Source: Oscillospiraceae bacterium (lineage in GTDB: Bacteria > Bacillota > Clostridia > Oscillospirales > JAAYXM01). Taken from it: a stretch of DNA of 64,000 nt. The notes below the pieces were generated by a model, which made no database searches, was not told where the DNA came from, and worked only from the letters and a program-made list of their open reading frames with translations. Positions within the stretch are counted from its first letter, which is position 1. Each line of letters opens with the position of its first letter. The DNA is taken from positions 16,580 through 80,579 of the forward strand of contig SVMJ01000007.1 of NCBI GenBank assembly GCA_015067485.1, written 5' to 3'. The position numbers and the translations under genes are program-made. Positions 46,489 through 55,693 of this stretch are shown one piece after another.

Positions 46489-47396
46489 TACAGATTACCC
46501 ATCAGGATTGCCATGACGGCTTTTTGTGCATGGAGACGGTTTTCCGCTTCGTCGAAGATTTCCTGTGCATGGGCTTCGAATACATCTGCGGTGATCTCTT
46601 CTCCGCGGTGTGCAGGCAGACAATGCTGAACCATCGCGGTTTTCTTGGCGACTTTCAGAAGTTCTTCATTGACCTGGTAGCCGGTGAAGACTTTGCGGCG
46701 TTCTTCCGCTTCGCCTTCCTGACCCATGCTTGCCCAAACGTCGGTGAAGATGACGTCTGCATCCTTTGAAGCTTCGAAGATGTCTTCCGTCCAGGTATAT
46801 GCTTTCCCTTCCGCATAAGCGCGAACGCTTGCATCCGGCTGATATGCCTTCGGAGTTGCGACTGCTACTTCCATATCAGCGAGCAGTCCGCCCACGATCA
46901 GCGAGTTTGCCATATTGTTGCCATCGCCGATGTAGCACATTTTGAGGCCTTCAAGGGTGCTCAAATGCTCACGGATGGTCATGAGATCTGCCAACACCTG
47001 GCAGGGATGAGCAAAGTCGGTAAGTCCGTTGATGATCGGAATGGTTGCATACTCTGCGAGTTTTTCCACCATTTCCTGTGAATAGGTGCGGATCATGATG
47101 CCGTCGAGATAACGGGAAAGGACACGCGCGGTGTCTTCGATCGGTTCGCCGCGACCCATCTGGAGTTCACTTCCCGACAGGAAGAGACCGTGTCCGCCGA
47201 GTTGGGAAATGCCGACTTCGAACGATACGCGGGTACGGGTGGAAGATTTTTCAAAAATCATACCAAGGGTTTTGTCTTTCAAAATGGGGTGTGCGATATT
47301 ATGTTTCTGGTCGTACTTGAGTTGGTCTGCCACGTCCAAGATGTGGAACAACTCGGGTTTGGTCAGATCCATCAGTTTGAGCAAATCTTTTTTCAT
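46488..47396 (-). CDS. argF: Ornithine carbamoyltransferase
   Basis: FEKSSTRTRVSFE, HPCQ and HCLPAHRGEE motifs. Confidence 0.95.
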   Translation of the reverse strand: MKKDLLKLMDLTKPELFHILDVADQLKYDQKHNIAHPILKDKTLGMIFEKSSTRTRVSFEVGISQLGGHGLFLSGSELQMGRGEPIEDTARVLSRYLDGIMIRTYSQEMVEKLAEYATIPIINGLTDFAHPCQVLADLMTIREHLSTLEGLKMCYIGDGNNMANSLIVGGLLADMEVAVATPKAYQPDASVRAYAEGKAYTWTEDIFEASKDADVIFTDVWASMGQEGEAEERRKVFTGYQVNEELLKVAKKTAMVQHCLPAHRGEEITADVFEAHAQEIFDEAENRLHAQKAVMAILMGNL

Positions 47397-48571
47397 TTTG
47401 ATCCTCCGCATAATACTTGTTTTAGAATAGCAAGACCGCGATCCATCTCGTCTTTGGTGATGGTGAGCGGCGGGAGCAGGCGGATCGCATCCTTACCTGC
47501 GGTGATGCACAAGAGCCCTTGTTCGATGAGTTTTTTCACGGTTTCTTTATGGGTTCCTGCCTCGACTACGATGCCGATCATGAGTCCCATGCCGCGTGTT
47601 GCAAAGCCCATCTCTTCAATTTTCGAACGCAGATATGCGCCCTTTTCAGAAACGCTTTCCAGGATTCCGTCTTCGAGCACGTCGAGCACCGCGTTACCTG
47701 CCGCGGTACAAATCGGGTTTGCGCCGAATGTGGTTGCGTGCGTCCCCGGACCCAAAACATCCGAACAGGTTTTGGAAGCAAGGACTGCGCCGAGCGGAAG
47801 CCCGCCGCCGATTCCCTTTGCACAACTGACCACGTCGGGCGAGATGCCATAGCCTTGGAACGCAAACAGTGTACCGGTACGACCGATGCCTGTTTGCACT
47901 TCGTCGATCAAAAGAAGCAAGTCGTTTTCCTTGCAGAAACTTTCCACCGCTTTGACATAGCCACGATCAAGCGGGAGGACCCCGCCTTCGCCTTGGACAA
48001 GTTCCATCATGACAGCACAGGTGCGGTCAGTTGCCGCGGCTTTGAGTGCATCCAAGTCATTTGCAGGTACATGGGCAAACCCTTCGGTGAACGGATAGAA
48101 ATACTGATGGAACACATCCTGACCGGTTGCAGCCAGTGTGCTGATCGTTCTGCCATGGAACGAGTTTACCAGCGTGATGATCTCGGTGCGGTCGTTGTCA
48201 TAACGGTCGGTACTGTACTTTCTTGCGAGTTTGATCATACCTTCGTTGCTCTCGGCGCCCGAGTTTGAGAAGAAGACTTTGTCCATCCCGCTCTTTTCGC
48301 ACAGGCGTTTTGCAAGGATGACACCCGGCTCTGTGAAGAACAAGTTCGACGCGTGCGCGAGTTTTCCCGCCTGTGCGCTCACCGCTTCCACGAATTTGGG
48401 ATGGGCTGTGCCGATACTGAGCACGCCGATCCCCGACGCAAAGTCGATATACGCTTTTCCCTCCGGGTCATACAGGGTTGCCCCTTCCCCGCGCTCGATG
48501 GCGACCGGGAAACGCCCGTAGGTTTGCATGACATAGGATTTATCCTGACTAAAAAGTTCGTTTGTGGTCAT
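47393..48571 (-). CDS. argD: Acetylornithine aminotransferase
   Basis: Class III aminotransferase (DFASGIGVLSIGTAHP, LLLIDEVQTGIGRTG, SCAKGIGGG). ATG 48571 overlaps the argB stop. Confidence 0.92.
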   Translation of the reverse strand: MTTNELFSQDKSYVMQTYGRFPVAIERGEGATLYDPEGKAYIDFASGIGVLSIGTAHPKFVEAVSAQAGKLAHASNLFFTEPGVILAKRLCEKSGMDKVFFSNSGAESNEGMIKLARKYSTDRYDNDRTEIITLVNSFHGRTISTLAATGQDVFHQYFYPFTEGFAHVPANDLDALKAAATDRTCAVMMELVQGEGGVLPLDRGYVKAVESFCKENDLLLLIDEVQTGIGRTGTLFAFQGYGISPDVVSCAKGIGGGLPLGAVLASKTCSDVLGPGTHATTFGANPICTAAGNAVLDVLEDGILESVSEKGAYLRSKIEEMGFATRGMGLMIGIVVEAGTHKETVKKLIEQGLLCITAGKDAIRLLPPLTITKDEMDRGLAILKQVLCGGSK

Positions 48572-49446
48572 ACCAATCTCTCCATTTCGCCGTGAACCAC
48601 CGTGCCGATACCGCGATCGGACAACATTTCCATTAAGATAGAGTGCGGAACGCGTCCGTCCAAGATATTCGCCTGCGATACACCCATACGCACCGCTTCT
48701 ACACAGCAAGCGAGTTTCGGGATCATGCCGCCCGAGATGATACCGTCACGGACGAGTTTCGGCACTTCGCTGACGTTGATGTCGGAAATGAGTGTGCTTT
48801 CGTCTTTCGGGTCTTCCAAAATGCCGCAAACATCGGTGAGCAGGATGAGTTTCTTTGCGCCGAGTGCGCTTGCGAGTTTGGCCGCCGCGGTGTCTGCATT
48901 GATGTTGTAACTTTGGGTGTCATTGAGTCCCTGTGCGACCGTGGAAACGACCGGGATATAGCCGTTTTTCAGCGCATCGGTAACCGGCTTGGTCTCGACT
49001 TCCTGAATTTCGCCAACCAGCCCGTAGGTACCGCCGTCGAGCTGGGTTGCACGGAAGAGCCCGCCGTCCATGCCGCAAAGACCGATTGCGCTGCCGCCTG
49101 CGCGGTTCAAAATGGAAACGAGTTCCTTATTGACCTTACCGCACAGAACCATCTGCACGATTTCCATGGTCTCTTCGTCGGTGTAGCGGAGACCGTTGAC
49201 GAACTTACCCTCTTTGCCCACGCGCTTTAACATATCGCTGATTTCGGGTCCGCCGCCGTGGACGACAACCACTTGGATACCGACCAGAGAGAGCAGGACG
49301 ATATCGTCAATGACCGCTTTTTTCAGGTCTTCATTGATCATTGCGTTGCCACCGTATTTGACGACCACGGTTTCCCCGCTGTATTTTTTGATATACGGGA
49401 GCGCCTCGACTAAGATTTGCGCCCGTTCTTCGTAATTGTGCTGCAT
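48568..49446 (-). CDS. argB: Acetylglutamate kinase
   Basis: VVKYGGNAM, VVVHGGGP and INADTAA motifs. Confidence 0.95.
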   Translation of the reverse strand: MQHNYEERAQILVEALPYIKKYSGETVVVKYGGNAMINEDLKKAVIDDIVLLSLVGIQVVVVHGGGPEISDMLKRVGKEGKFVNGLRYTDEETMEIVQMVLCGKVNKELVSILNRAGGSAIGLCGMDGGLFRATQLDGGTYGLVGEIQEVETKPVTDALKNGYIPVVSTVAQGLNDTQSYNINADTAAAKLASALGAKKLILLTDVCGILEDPKDESTLISDINVSEVPKLVRDGIISGGMIPKLACCVEAVRMGVSQANILDGRVPHSILMEMLSDRGIGTVVHGEMERLV

Positions 49447-49467
49447 ATTCGCTATCCTTTCTCGAAA

Positions 49468-50682
49468 TCAAGTGCGATAGTCGCCGTTGATTTTGACATA
49501 GTCATAAGTGAGATCACAGCCCCATGCGGAAGCGGATGCATTTCCTGCCGTCATGGATGCACAGATTTCGACTTCCGGTTCGCTCAGAATTTTCTTTGCG
49601 AGATCTTCGTCAAATACCAGACCGGCTCCGTTTTCGCATACGGTGATGCTACCGACCGCCGAACGGAAGGACACGGTCACGGTTTGCGGGTCAAACTCGA
49701 TCCCCGAATAGCCCATCGCGCAGAGCACGCGACCCCAGTTTGCATCCGCGCCGAACATCGCGGCTTTGGTGAGAGAAGAAGAAATAACGGATTTTGCAAG
49801 GGCTACCGCATTTTCTTCGGTATCCGCACCGCTCACGGTGCAGGTAACCAATTTGGTTGCGCCTTCCCCGTCTTTTGCGATGCAGCGTGCGAGATACGAG
49901 CAGACTGCAAAGAGCAGTTCGGAGAATGCCACAAAATCTGCGCTGTCTTCAGCGATTTCAGCATTGCCTGCAGATTTGTTTGCGAGAACGACCGCCATGT
50001 CATTGGTGGAAGTGTCCCCGTCAACACTCACGCGGTTGAAACTCTTGTCTACCGCGGTAGAGAGTGCGGTCTGCAGCGCGGAAGATGTGATGTTTGCATC
50101 GGTGGTGATGAACGCGAGCATGGTACCCATATTGGGGTGGATCATGCCGGATCCCTTTGCGATGCCGCCGATTTTCACTTCTTTCCCGCCGATGGTGGCA
50201 GAGTAGGAGCATTCTTTTTTGATGGTGTCGGTGGTGAGAATTGCATCTGCCGCACGTTCCCCGCCATCATAAGCAAGGTCTGCCACGAGTGCGGGCATTG
50301 CATCTTCGATGACGTGGACCGGGAGTTCTTCCCCGATGACGCCGGTGGATGTGCAGACAACATCGGTTTCAGAGATGCCAAGTGCATTCGCGACAGAGCG
50401 GCACATTCTAATTGCGTTTTCTTTGCCGTTTGGCGCGCACGCGTTTGCGTTACCGCTGTTGCAGATAATGGCACGTGCTTTACCGTCTTTTAAATTGTCC
50501 TGCGTGACGTACACGGGTGCTGCTTTGACGCGGTTTCTGGTATAGCACGCCGCAGCGACACAGTCGCACTCCGACACGATCAATGCAAGGTCTGCTTTGG
50601 AGCGGTTTTTACGGATTCCGCAATGGATCCCCGCGGCTTTGAATCCGCTTGCCGCGCAGACACCGCCTTGGATTTCTTTCAT
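49468..50682 (-). CDS. argJ: Bifunctional ornithine acetyltransferase / N-acetylglutamate synthase
   Basis: GFKAAGIHCGI, and the autoprocessing site MLAFITTDA (T). Confidence 0.95.
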   Translation of the reverse strand: MKEIQGGVCAASGFKAAGIHCGIRKNRSKADLALIVSECDCVAAACYTRNRVKAAPVYVTQDNLKDGKARAIICNSGNANACAPNGKENAIRMCRSVANALGISETDVVCTSTGVIGEELPVHVIEDAMPALVADLAYDGGERAADAILTTDTIKKECSYSATIGGKEVKIGGIAKGSGMIHPNMGTMLAFITTDANITSSALQTALSTAVDKSFNRVSVDGDTSTNDMAVVLANKSAGNAEIAEDSADFVAFSELLFAVCSYLARCIAKDGEGATKLVTCTVSGADTEENAVALAKSVISSSLTKAAMFGADANWGRVLCAMGYSGIEFDPQTVTVSFRSAVGSITVCENGAGLVFDEDLAKKILSEPEVEICASMTAGNASASAWGCDLTYDYVKINGDYRT

Positions 50683-50694
50683 ATCGTTTTCCTC

Positions 50695-51723
50695 CTAAAA
50701 TGCCGGGGCAACCAGAGTGAGCCCGGTGGTCTCAGGGAGACCAAAGACGATGTTCATATTCTGAACCGCCTGCCCTGCCGCACCCTTTACCATATTGTCG
50801 ATCGCAGAGACCACGATGAGCCGACCTGCGTGCTCGTCACGGTGGAGCGAGATGTGGCATTGGTTGGTCATACATACGTTTTTAAGGTTTGCCGCCATAC
50901 CGAGCGGAAGCACGGTAACAAACGGCTCATTTTCATAGAACTTGCAGTATGCTTCATACGCGGTCTCAAGGGACACATTACTTTCGGTGTACATGGTCGA
51001 GATGATGCCGCGCTTGAGCGGGAGCAGATGCGGAACGAAGGTAACCGTTACCTTCTCCCCTGCCAGTTTGGAAAGACCCTGTTCGATCTCGGGGGTGTGG
51101 CGGTGTGCCGCTACCTTGTAAGGTGCAAAGCCTTCGTCCAAATCGCAGAAGTGGGTGGTTTGACTCAAAGAACGTCCTGCGCCTGTCGCACCGGATTTGG
51201 AGTCAATCACAATCCCCTTCGCACTGCAGAGACCGTTTTTCAGCGCGGGTGCAAGACCGAGTTGAATGGAGGTCGGATAGCAGCCCGGGTTTGCGATCAG
51301 GCGTGCGCCTTTGATGTTCTCGCGTGCGAGTTCACACAGACCGTAAACCGCGATTTTGTGCAGTTCCGGATAGTCAAACGGTGCGCCGTACCATGTTTCG
51401 TATTCGGATTCGCTTTCCAAGCGGAAGTCTGCACCAAAGTCGATGAAGACTTTGCCTGCGTCCATACACGCTTTGGCAAGCGGTTGGGAAAGCCCGTGCG
51501 GTAATGCGGCAAACACCACATCGGATGCTTTGATTACTTCTTCTTGGCTGACCAAAACATCGTCGCAAGCACCGATGAGCGATGGATAAACTTCCGAGAT
51601 GCGTTTTCCTTCAAAGGAGACCGAACTGATTTTAGAAAGTTTGGCGTTCGGATGCCCCAAAATCAGGCGGATGAGTTCCACGCCACCGTAACCGGTCGCG
51701 CCGACAATTCCTACTTGAATCAT
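50695..51723 (-). CDS. argC: N-acetyl-gamma-glutamyl-phosphate reductase
   Basis: GATGYGG, and active site LIANPGCYPTS. Confidence 0.95.
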   Translation of the reverse strand: MIQVGIVGATGYGGVELIRLILGHPNAKLSKISSVSFEGKRISEVYPSLIGACDDVLVSQEEVIKASDVVFAALPHGLSQPLAKACMDAGKVFIDFGADFRLESESEYETWYGAPFDYPELHKIAVYGLCELARENIKGARLIANPGCYPTSIQLGLAPALKNGLCSAKGIVIDSKSGATGAGRSLSQTTHFCDLDEGFAPYKVAAHRHTPEIEQGLSKLAGEKVTVTFVPHLLPLKRGIISTMYTESNVSLETAYEAYCKFYENEPFVTVLPLGMAANLKNVCMTNQCHISLHRDEHAGRLIVVSAIDNMVKGAAGQAVQNMNIVFGLPETTGLTLVAPAF

Positions 51724-53111
51724 TTGTCATCCTCCTTGTGTTCTGCGATGAATGCTTCGAGTGTTGCGATCTGGCGCAGGACTTCCTGCTCTGCCGGACC
51801 GCCGATGGAAGTTCTGCCGTTGACGCAGTTTTCCAAATTCAGCGCTTCATAGACATCGTCTGCAAAGACATCGCACAATGCCTTATAGTCATCGAGCGGA
51901 AGTTCTTCCAGACCGATGCCCTTTTCGATGCAGAGTGCAACGAGTTTTCCGACCACGGTATACGCATCGCGGAACGGAAGACCTTTCTTGACCAAGTAGT
52001 CCGCACAGTCAGTCGCATTGATGAATCCGCGGGATGCGGCATTACGCAGATTCTGCGGTTTTAAGCGCATAGTTTCAAGCATCGGTGCGAAGACGTCCAG
52101 GCACATTTTCACGGTGTCTACCGCGTCGAACACGGATTCCTTGTCCTCCTGCATATCTTTGTTGTATGCAAGCGGGAGACCCTTCATCACGGTAAGGAGC
52201 GCCATGAGTGAGCCGTAGACACGACCGGTCTTGCCGCGGACGAGTTCCGCGATGTCCGGATTCTTCTTCTGCGGCATGATGGATGAGCCTGTGGAATAAG
52301 CATCGTCGAGTTCCATATAGGAAAATTCCCAAGAGCACCAAAGAATCATTTCTTCGGAGAAGCGGGACAGATGCATCATGATCATCGAAATTGCGGAGAG
52401 CAGTTCGATTGCATAGTCGCGGTCGGAAACACCGTCAAGCGAGTTGTTGGTAACGCCTGCAAAACCGAGCAGGTCTGCGACCAGTTCACGGTCGATCGGA
52501 TAAGTGGTGCCTGCGAGTGCGCCGCTTCCGAGCGGAGAATAGTTCATACGCGCATAGCAATCTTCCAGACGCGTCACGTCACGCTTGAACATTTCGCCGT
52601 ATGCCATGAAGTGGTGTGCAGCGGTGGAAGGCTGTGCACGCTGGAGATGGGTATAACCGGGGAGCACTGCCCCGGTATACTTCTTTGCCTGCTCTGCCAA
52701 AACGGTCTGCAAATGCAGAAGACGGGACTTGATCTCCAAAATTTCTTTTTTTAGATAGAGTTTGAAATCCAGAGCGACTTGATCGTTTCGGCTGCGCGCG
52801 GTGTGGAGACGCTTACCGGTATCGCCCAGACGCGCGGTGAGCGCGGTCTCGACGTTCATGTGGATATCTTCGTTATCCGGGGTGAGTTCGAGTTTCCCCG
52901 CGGTGATATCGTTGCAAATCTCACGGAGCGCCGCTACGATTTTATCTGCTTCGGATTGCGCAATGATTCCGGTTTTCCCGAGCATTGTCGCGTGTGCGAT
53001 ACTGCCGGTGATATCTTCTTCATACATCCGTCCGTCAAACTGAATGGAGGAGTTGAAATCATTGACCAATCCGTCAAGTTCTTTGGAAAACCGTCCTGAC
53101 CATAACTTCAT
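51720..53111 (-). CDS. argH: Argininosuccinate lyase
   Basis: KLWSGRF, and GSSIMPQKKNPD. Confidence 0.96.
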   Translation of the reverse strand: MKLWSGRFSKELDGLVNDFNSSIQFDGRMYEEDITGSIAHATMLGKTGIIAQSEADKIVAALREICNDITAGKLELTPDNEDIHMNVETALTARLGDTGKRLHTARSRNDQVALDFKLYLKKEILEIKSRLLHLQTVLAEQAKKYTGAVLPGYTHLQRAQPSTAAHHFMAYGEMFKRDVTRLEDCYARMNYSPLGSGALAGTTYPIDRELVADLLGFAGVTNNSLDGVSDRDYAIELLSAISMIMMHLSRFSEEMILWCSWEFSYMELDDAYSTGSSIMPQKKNPDIAELVRGKTGRVYGSLMALLTVMKGLPLAYNKDMQEDKESVFDAVDTVKMCLDVFAPMLETMRLKPQNLRNAASRGFINATDCADYLVKKGLPFRDAYTVVGKLVALCIEKGIGLEELPLDDYKALCDVFADDVYEALNLENCVNGRTSIGGPAEQEVLRQIATLEAFIAEHKEDDK

Positions 53112-53187
53112 CTTGTGTTACATCCTTTTCTGATAGAATACGACTGCGGGCAGAGGGGTGCTCTGCCCGCGATTTAAGTGATAAATT

Positions 53188-54399
53188 TTACTTCTTTTCG
53201 TCCAGCATTGCGCGAACCTGAATCGGAAGACCAAACAGGTTGATGAAGCCTGCGCTGTCCTTCTGATCGTAAACTTCGTCTTCTGCGAAGGTTGCGATTT
53301 CTTCGGAGTACAAGGAGTACGGACTCCAAACGCCTGCGTTGATCATGTTACCCTTATACAGTTTGAGACGGACATGACCGGTTACGCGCTCCTGCGTGCT
53401 GTCCACAAATGCGGAGAGTGCTTCTCTGAGCGGAGTGTACCACTGACCGAAGTATACGAGTTCTGCGAAGCGAACCGCGAGTTGTTCCTTCATGTGCTGA
53501 GTGTCGCGGTCGAGGCACAGGGTTTCGAGTACTTCGTGTGCCTTATAGAGAATTGCGCCGCCCGGGGTCTCGTAAACGCCACGGCTCTTCATGCCGACCA
53601 AACGGTTTTCGACCAAGTCGGTGATACCGATGCCGTTTGCGCCGCCGAGTTCGTTGAGCTTGTAGATGATGTCCATCGCGCTCATCTTGACACCGTCGAT
53701 CGCGGTCGGGATACCCTTTTCAAATGCGATGTCAACATAAGTTGCAATATCCGGTGCCTTTTCCGGGGTAACACCGAGTTCCAGAATCTTATCGTACTGC
53801 GGTTCGTTGCCCGGATCTTCCAGATCAAGACCTTCGTGGGACAGGTGCCACAGGTTCTTATCCTTGGAGTAGTTGGTTTCGCGGTTGATCGCAAGCGGGA
53901 TGTTGCGTGCTTCTGCGTAGTCGATTTCATCATCACGGCTCTTGAGATCCCATTCTCTCCACGGAGCGATGATGGTCATGTTCGGAGCGAATGCCTTGAT
54001 CGCGAGTTCAAAACGAACCTGGTCGTTCCCCTTACCGGTGCAACCGTGGCAGATCGCGTCTGCGCCTTCTGCCTTTGCGATCTCAACGATACGCTTTGCG
54101 ATGATCGGACGAGCAAAGGAAGTACCGAGCAGGTAACTTCTTTCGTATACTGCACCCGCCTTGACGGTCGGGATGACATATTCATTGACAAATTCTTCTC
54201 TCAAATCTTCGATATAACACTTGCTTGCACCGGTCTTGATTGCTTTATCAATCAAACCGTCCAGTTCCTTGCCCTGACCGACGTCTGCCGCAACCGCGAT
54301 GACTTCGCAGCCGTAGTTCTCTTTCAGCCACGGAATGATGATGGATGTGTCCAAACCACCTGAATATGCAAGTACCGCTTTCTTGATCTGTTTCTTCAT
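53188..54399 (-). CDS. argG: Argininosuccinate synthase
   Basis: AYSGGLDTS, and [13 protein letters not shown]. Confidence 0.96.
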   Translation of the reverse strand: MKKQIKKAVLAYSGGLDTSIIIPWLKENYGCEVIAVAADVGQGKELDGLIDKAIKTGASKCYIEDLREEFVNEYVIPTVKAGAVYERSYLLGTSFARPIIAKRIVEIAKAEGADAICHGCTGKGNDQVRFELAIKAFAPNMTIIAPWREWDLKSRDDEIDYAEARNIPLAINRETNYSKDKNLWHLSHEGLDLEDPGNEPQYDKILELGVTPEKAPDIATYVDIAFEKGIPTAIDGVKMSAMDIIYKLNELGGANGIGITDLVENRLVGMKSRGVYETPGGAILYKAHEVLETLCLDRDTQHMKEQLAVRFAELVYFGQWYTPLREALSAFVDSTQERVTGHVRLKLYKGNMINAGVWSPYSLYSEEIATFAEDEVYDQKDSAGFINLFGLPIQVRAMLDEKK

Positions 54400-54470
54400 G
54401 TGTATTACCTCCACTACTTCATTTGCGCTTTAGTATAGCACAGTGTGTTTAATTATGCAAGAACTTTTTT

Positions 54471-54524
54471 AATTATTTAATAATTATTCAAAATATTCAT
54501 GAATAAGTGAATAATTATTGAAAT
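54471..54524 (-). promoter_or_regulatory. Candidate ArgR/AhrC operator (tandem ARG boxes) upstream of argG
   Basis: AT-rich imperfect palindromes TAATAATTATTCAA, AATATTCATGAATA and TGAATAATTATTGA, 70-125 nt upstream of the argG start. The accepted ARG half-site pattern is TGAAT...ATTCA. Confidence 0.5.
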
Positions 54525-55693
54525 ATACCGCGTTTCATGAGCAACTCTTCCATCTCACGAACGCGTGCATCCCACGAGCAGGCGCGTGCGTATGCGATGC
54601 GCAGGGTCTCTTTCTTGTCATTTGGCTCTTCGAGCGCCATTTCGCACTTTGCAACAAAGTCGCGTGCAGAATGAGAAATATACACCGCATCGGTATAACC
54701 GAGCACCTGTTCGGGTTGCGGAGTACTCACGATGGGACGACCGCTCGCCATATATTCAAAGAACTTGAGCGGGCTGACGTCTTTTGCAAGGCGACCTGCA
54801 CGGAATGCATTCATGCACACATCGAATGCACGCAGGTAAGCAGGCATTTCGTCGTAGCGTTTCATCCCGAGGAAGTGAATATTCTCATATTCTTTGAGAT
54901 AGTCCAAGTTGACGCCCGGCATGGGACCGCCCACCAGAACCACCGACCATTCGGGATGTTCTTTTGCCACTTCTTCGATTGCCTCATAGTCGATGCATTC
55001 CTGCAACATCCCGGAGAAACCGATGATGGGGCGCGGCAAATCTTTCAGATCGTCTGGGACCGGGAAGTTTTCCACGACCGCACGGTTAAAGTGTTCAAAG
55101 TTGACCCCGTTCGGGAGCATGACGGTATTGGGGTTATACGCTTCCAACGTGTCATAAAGCCCGATTGCGGTCGCGATGACCTGGTCGGCGCGCTCAGCAA
55201 GAGATTTTTCCATTCCGTTTACCGTATCCACATCAATGAGACCTTTGTATGCGGAATGGCGGTCCACGCAGTCATACACCAGTGCGGAATGCGGGATGTA
55301 TTCTACCGCATCGGCGCTCATCGGGGAATAGCACCAAAGGACAGGGGTATCAAACCCGTACTGCTTCATCTTATTACGGACGAAGCGCGCGATTTTCTTT
55401 TGGTTCCATTTGTTGAGGAAACGGAATTTGTTGTAAAACGGAAGCACGGGCGGACAGGAGAATACTTTGATATTCTCTTTCGGTTGTGCCGGTTTTTTCA
55501 TCCACGCAAAGAGCCGTTTCCAGCTCTTGCGGTCTTTGAGCGGTGCGATGTATGTGATGGGCGGATCGAAGTATAAAATCTCCGCATTCTGCAAACGCTG
55601 CATCACATGCTGTTTCCGTGTCGGGAACGGATACCACGTGCTGGTGGACAGACATACGATTTTATTCACGGTGTAATATCTCCTTTGCCGCAT
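54515..55693 (-). CDS. GT-B glycosyltransferase (TuaH-like, teichuronic acid / cell-wall polysaccharide type)
   Basis: N-terminus CLSTSTWYPFPTRKQHVMQRL and a C-terminal GT1 fold (PLKFFEYMASGRPIVST). Start is either ATG 55693 or GTG 55669, which has an AAGGAG RBS and overlaps the upstream stop. Confidence 0.75.
   Translation of the reverse strand: MRQRRYYTVNKIVCLSTSTWYPFPTRKQHVMQRLQNAEILYFDPPITYIAPLKDRKSWKRLFAWMKKPAQPKENIKVFSCPPVLPFYNKFRFLNKWNQKKIARFVRNKMKQYGFDTPVLWCYSPMSADAVEYIPHSALVYDCVDRHSAYKGLIDVDTVNGMEKSLAERADQVIATAIGLYDTLEAYNPNTVMLPNGVNFEHFNRAVVENFPVPDDLKDLPRPIIGFSGMLQECIDYEAIEEVAKEHPEWSVVLVGGPMPGVNLDYLKEYENIHFLGMKRYDEMPAYLRAFDVCMNAFRAGRLAKDVSPLKFFEYMASGRPIVSTPQPEQVLGYTDAVYISHSARDFVAKCEMALEEPNDKKETLRIAYARACSWDARVREMEELLMKRGIFQ

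Noticed and set aside
49417-54363. Plus-strand ORFs of 358, 293 and 329 aa (49417-50493, 50623-51504 and 53374-54363).
   Set aside because: Antisense to argJ, argC and argG. Compositionally biased, with no domains.
54518-55576. 352-aa plus-strand ORF.
   Set aside because: Antisense to the TuaH-like glycosyltransferase, which has the better motif support and RBS.
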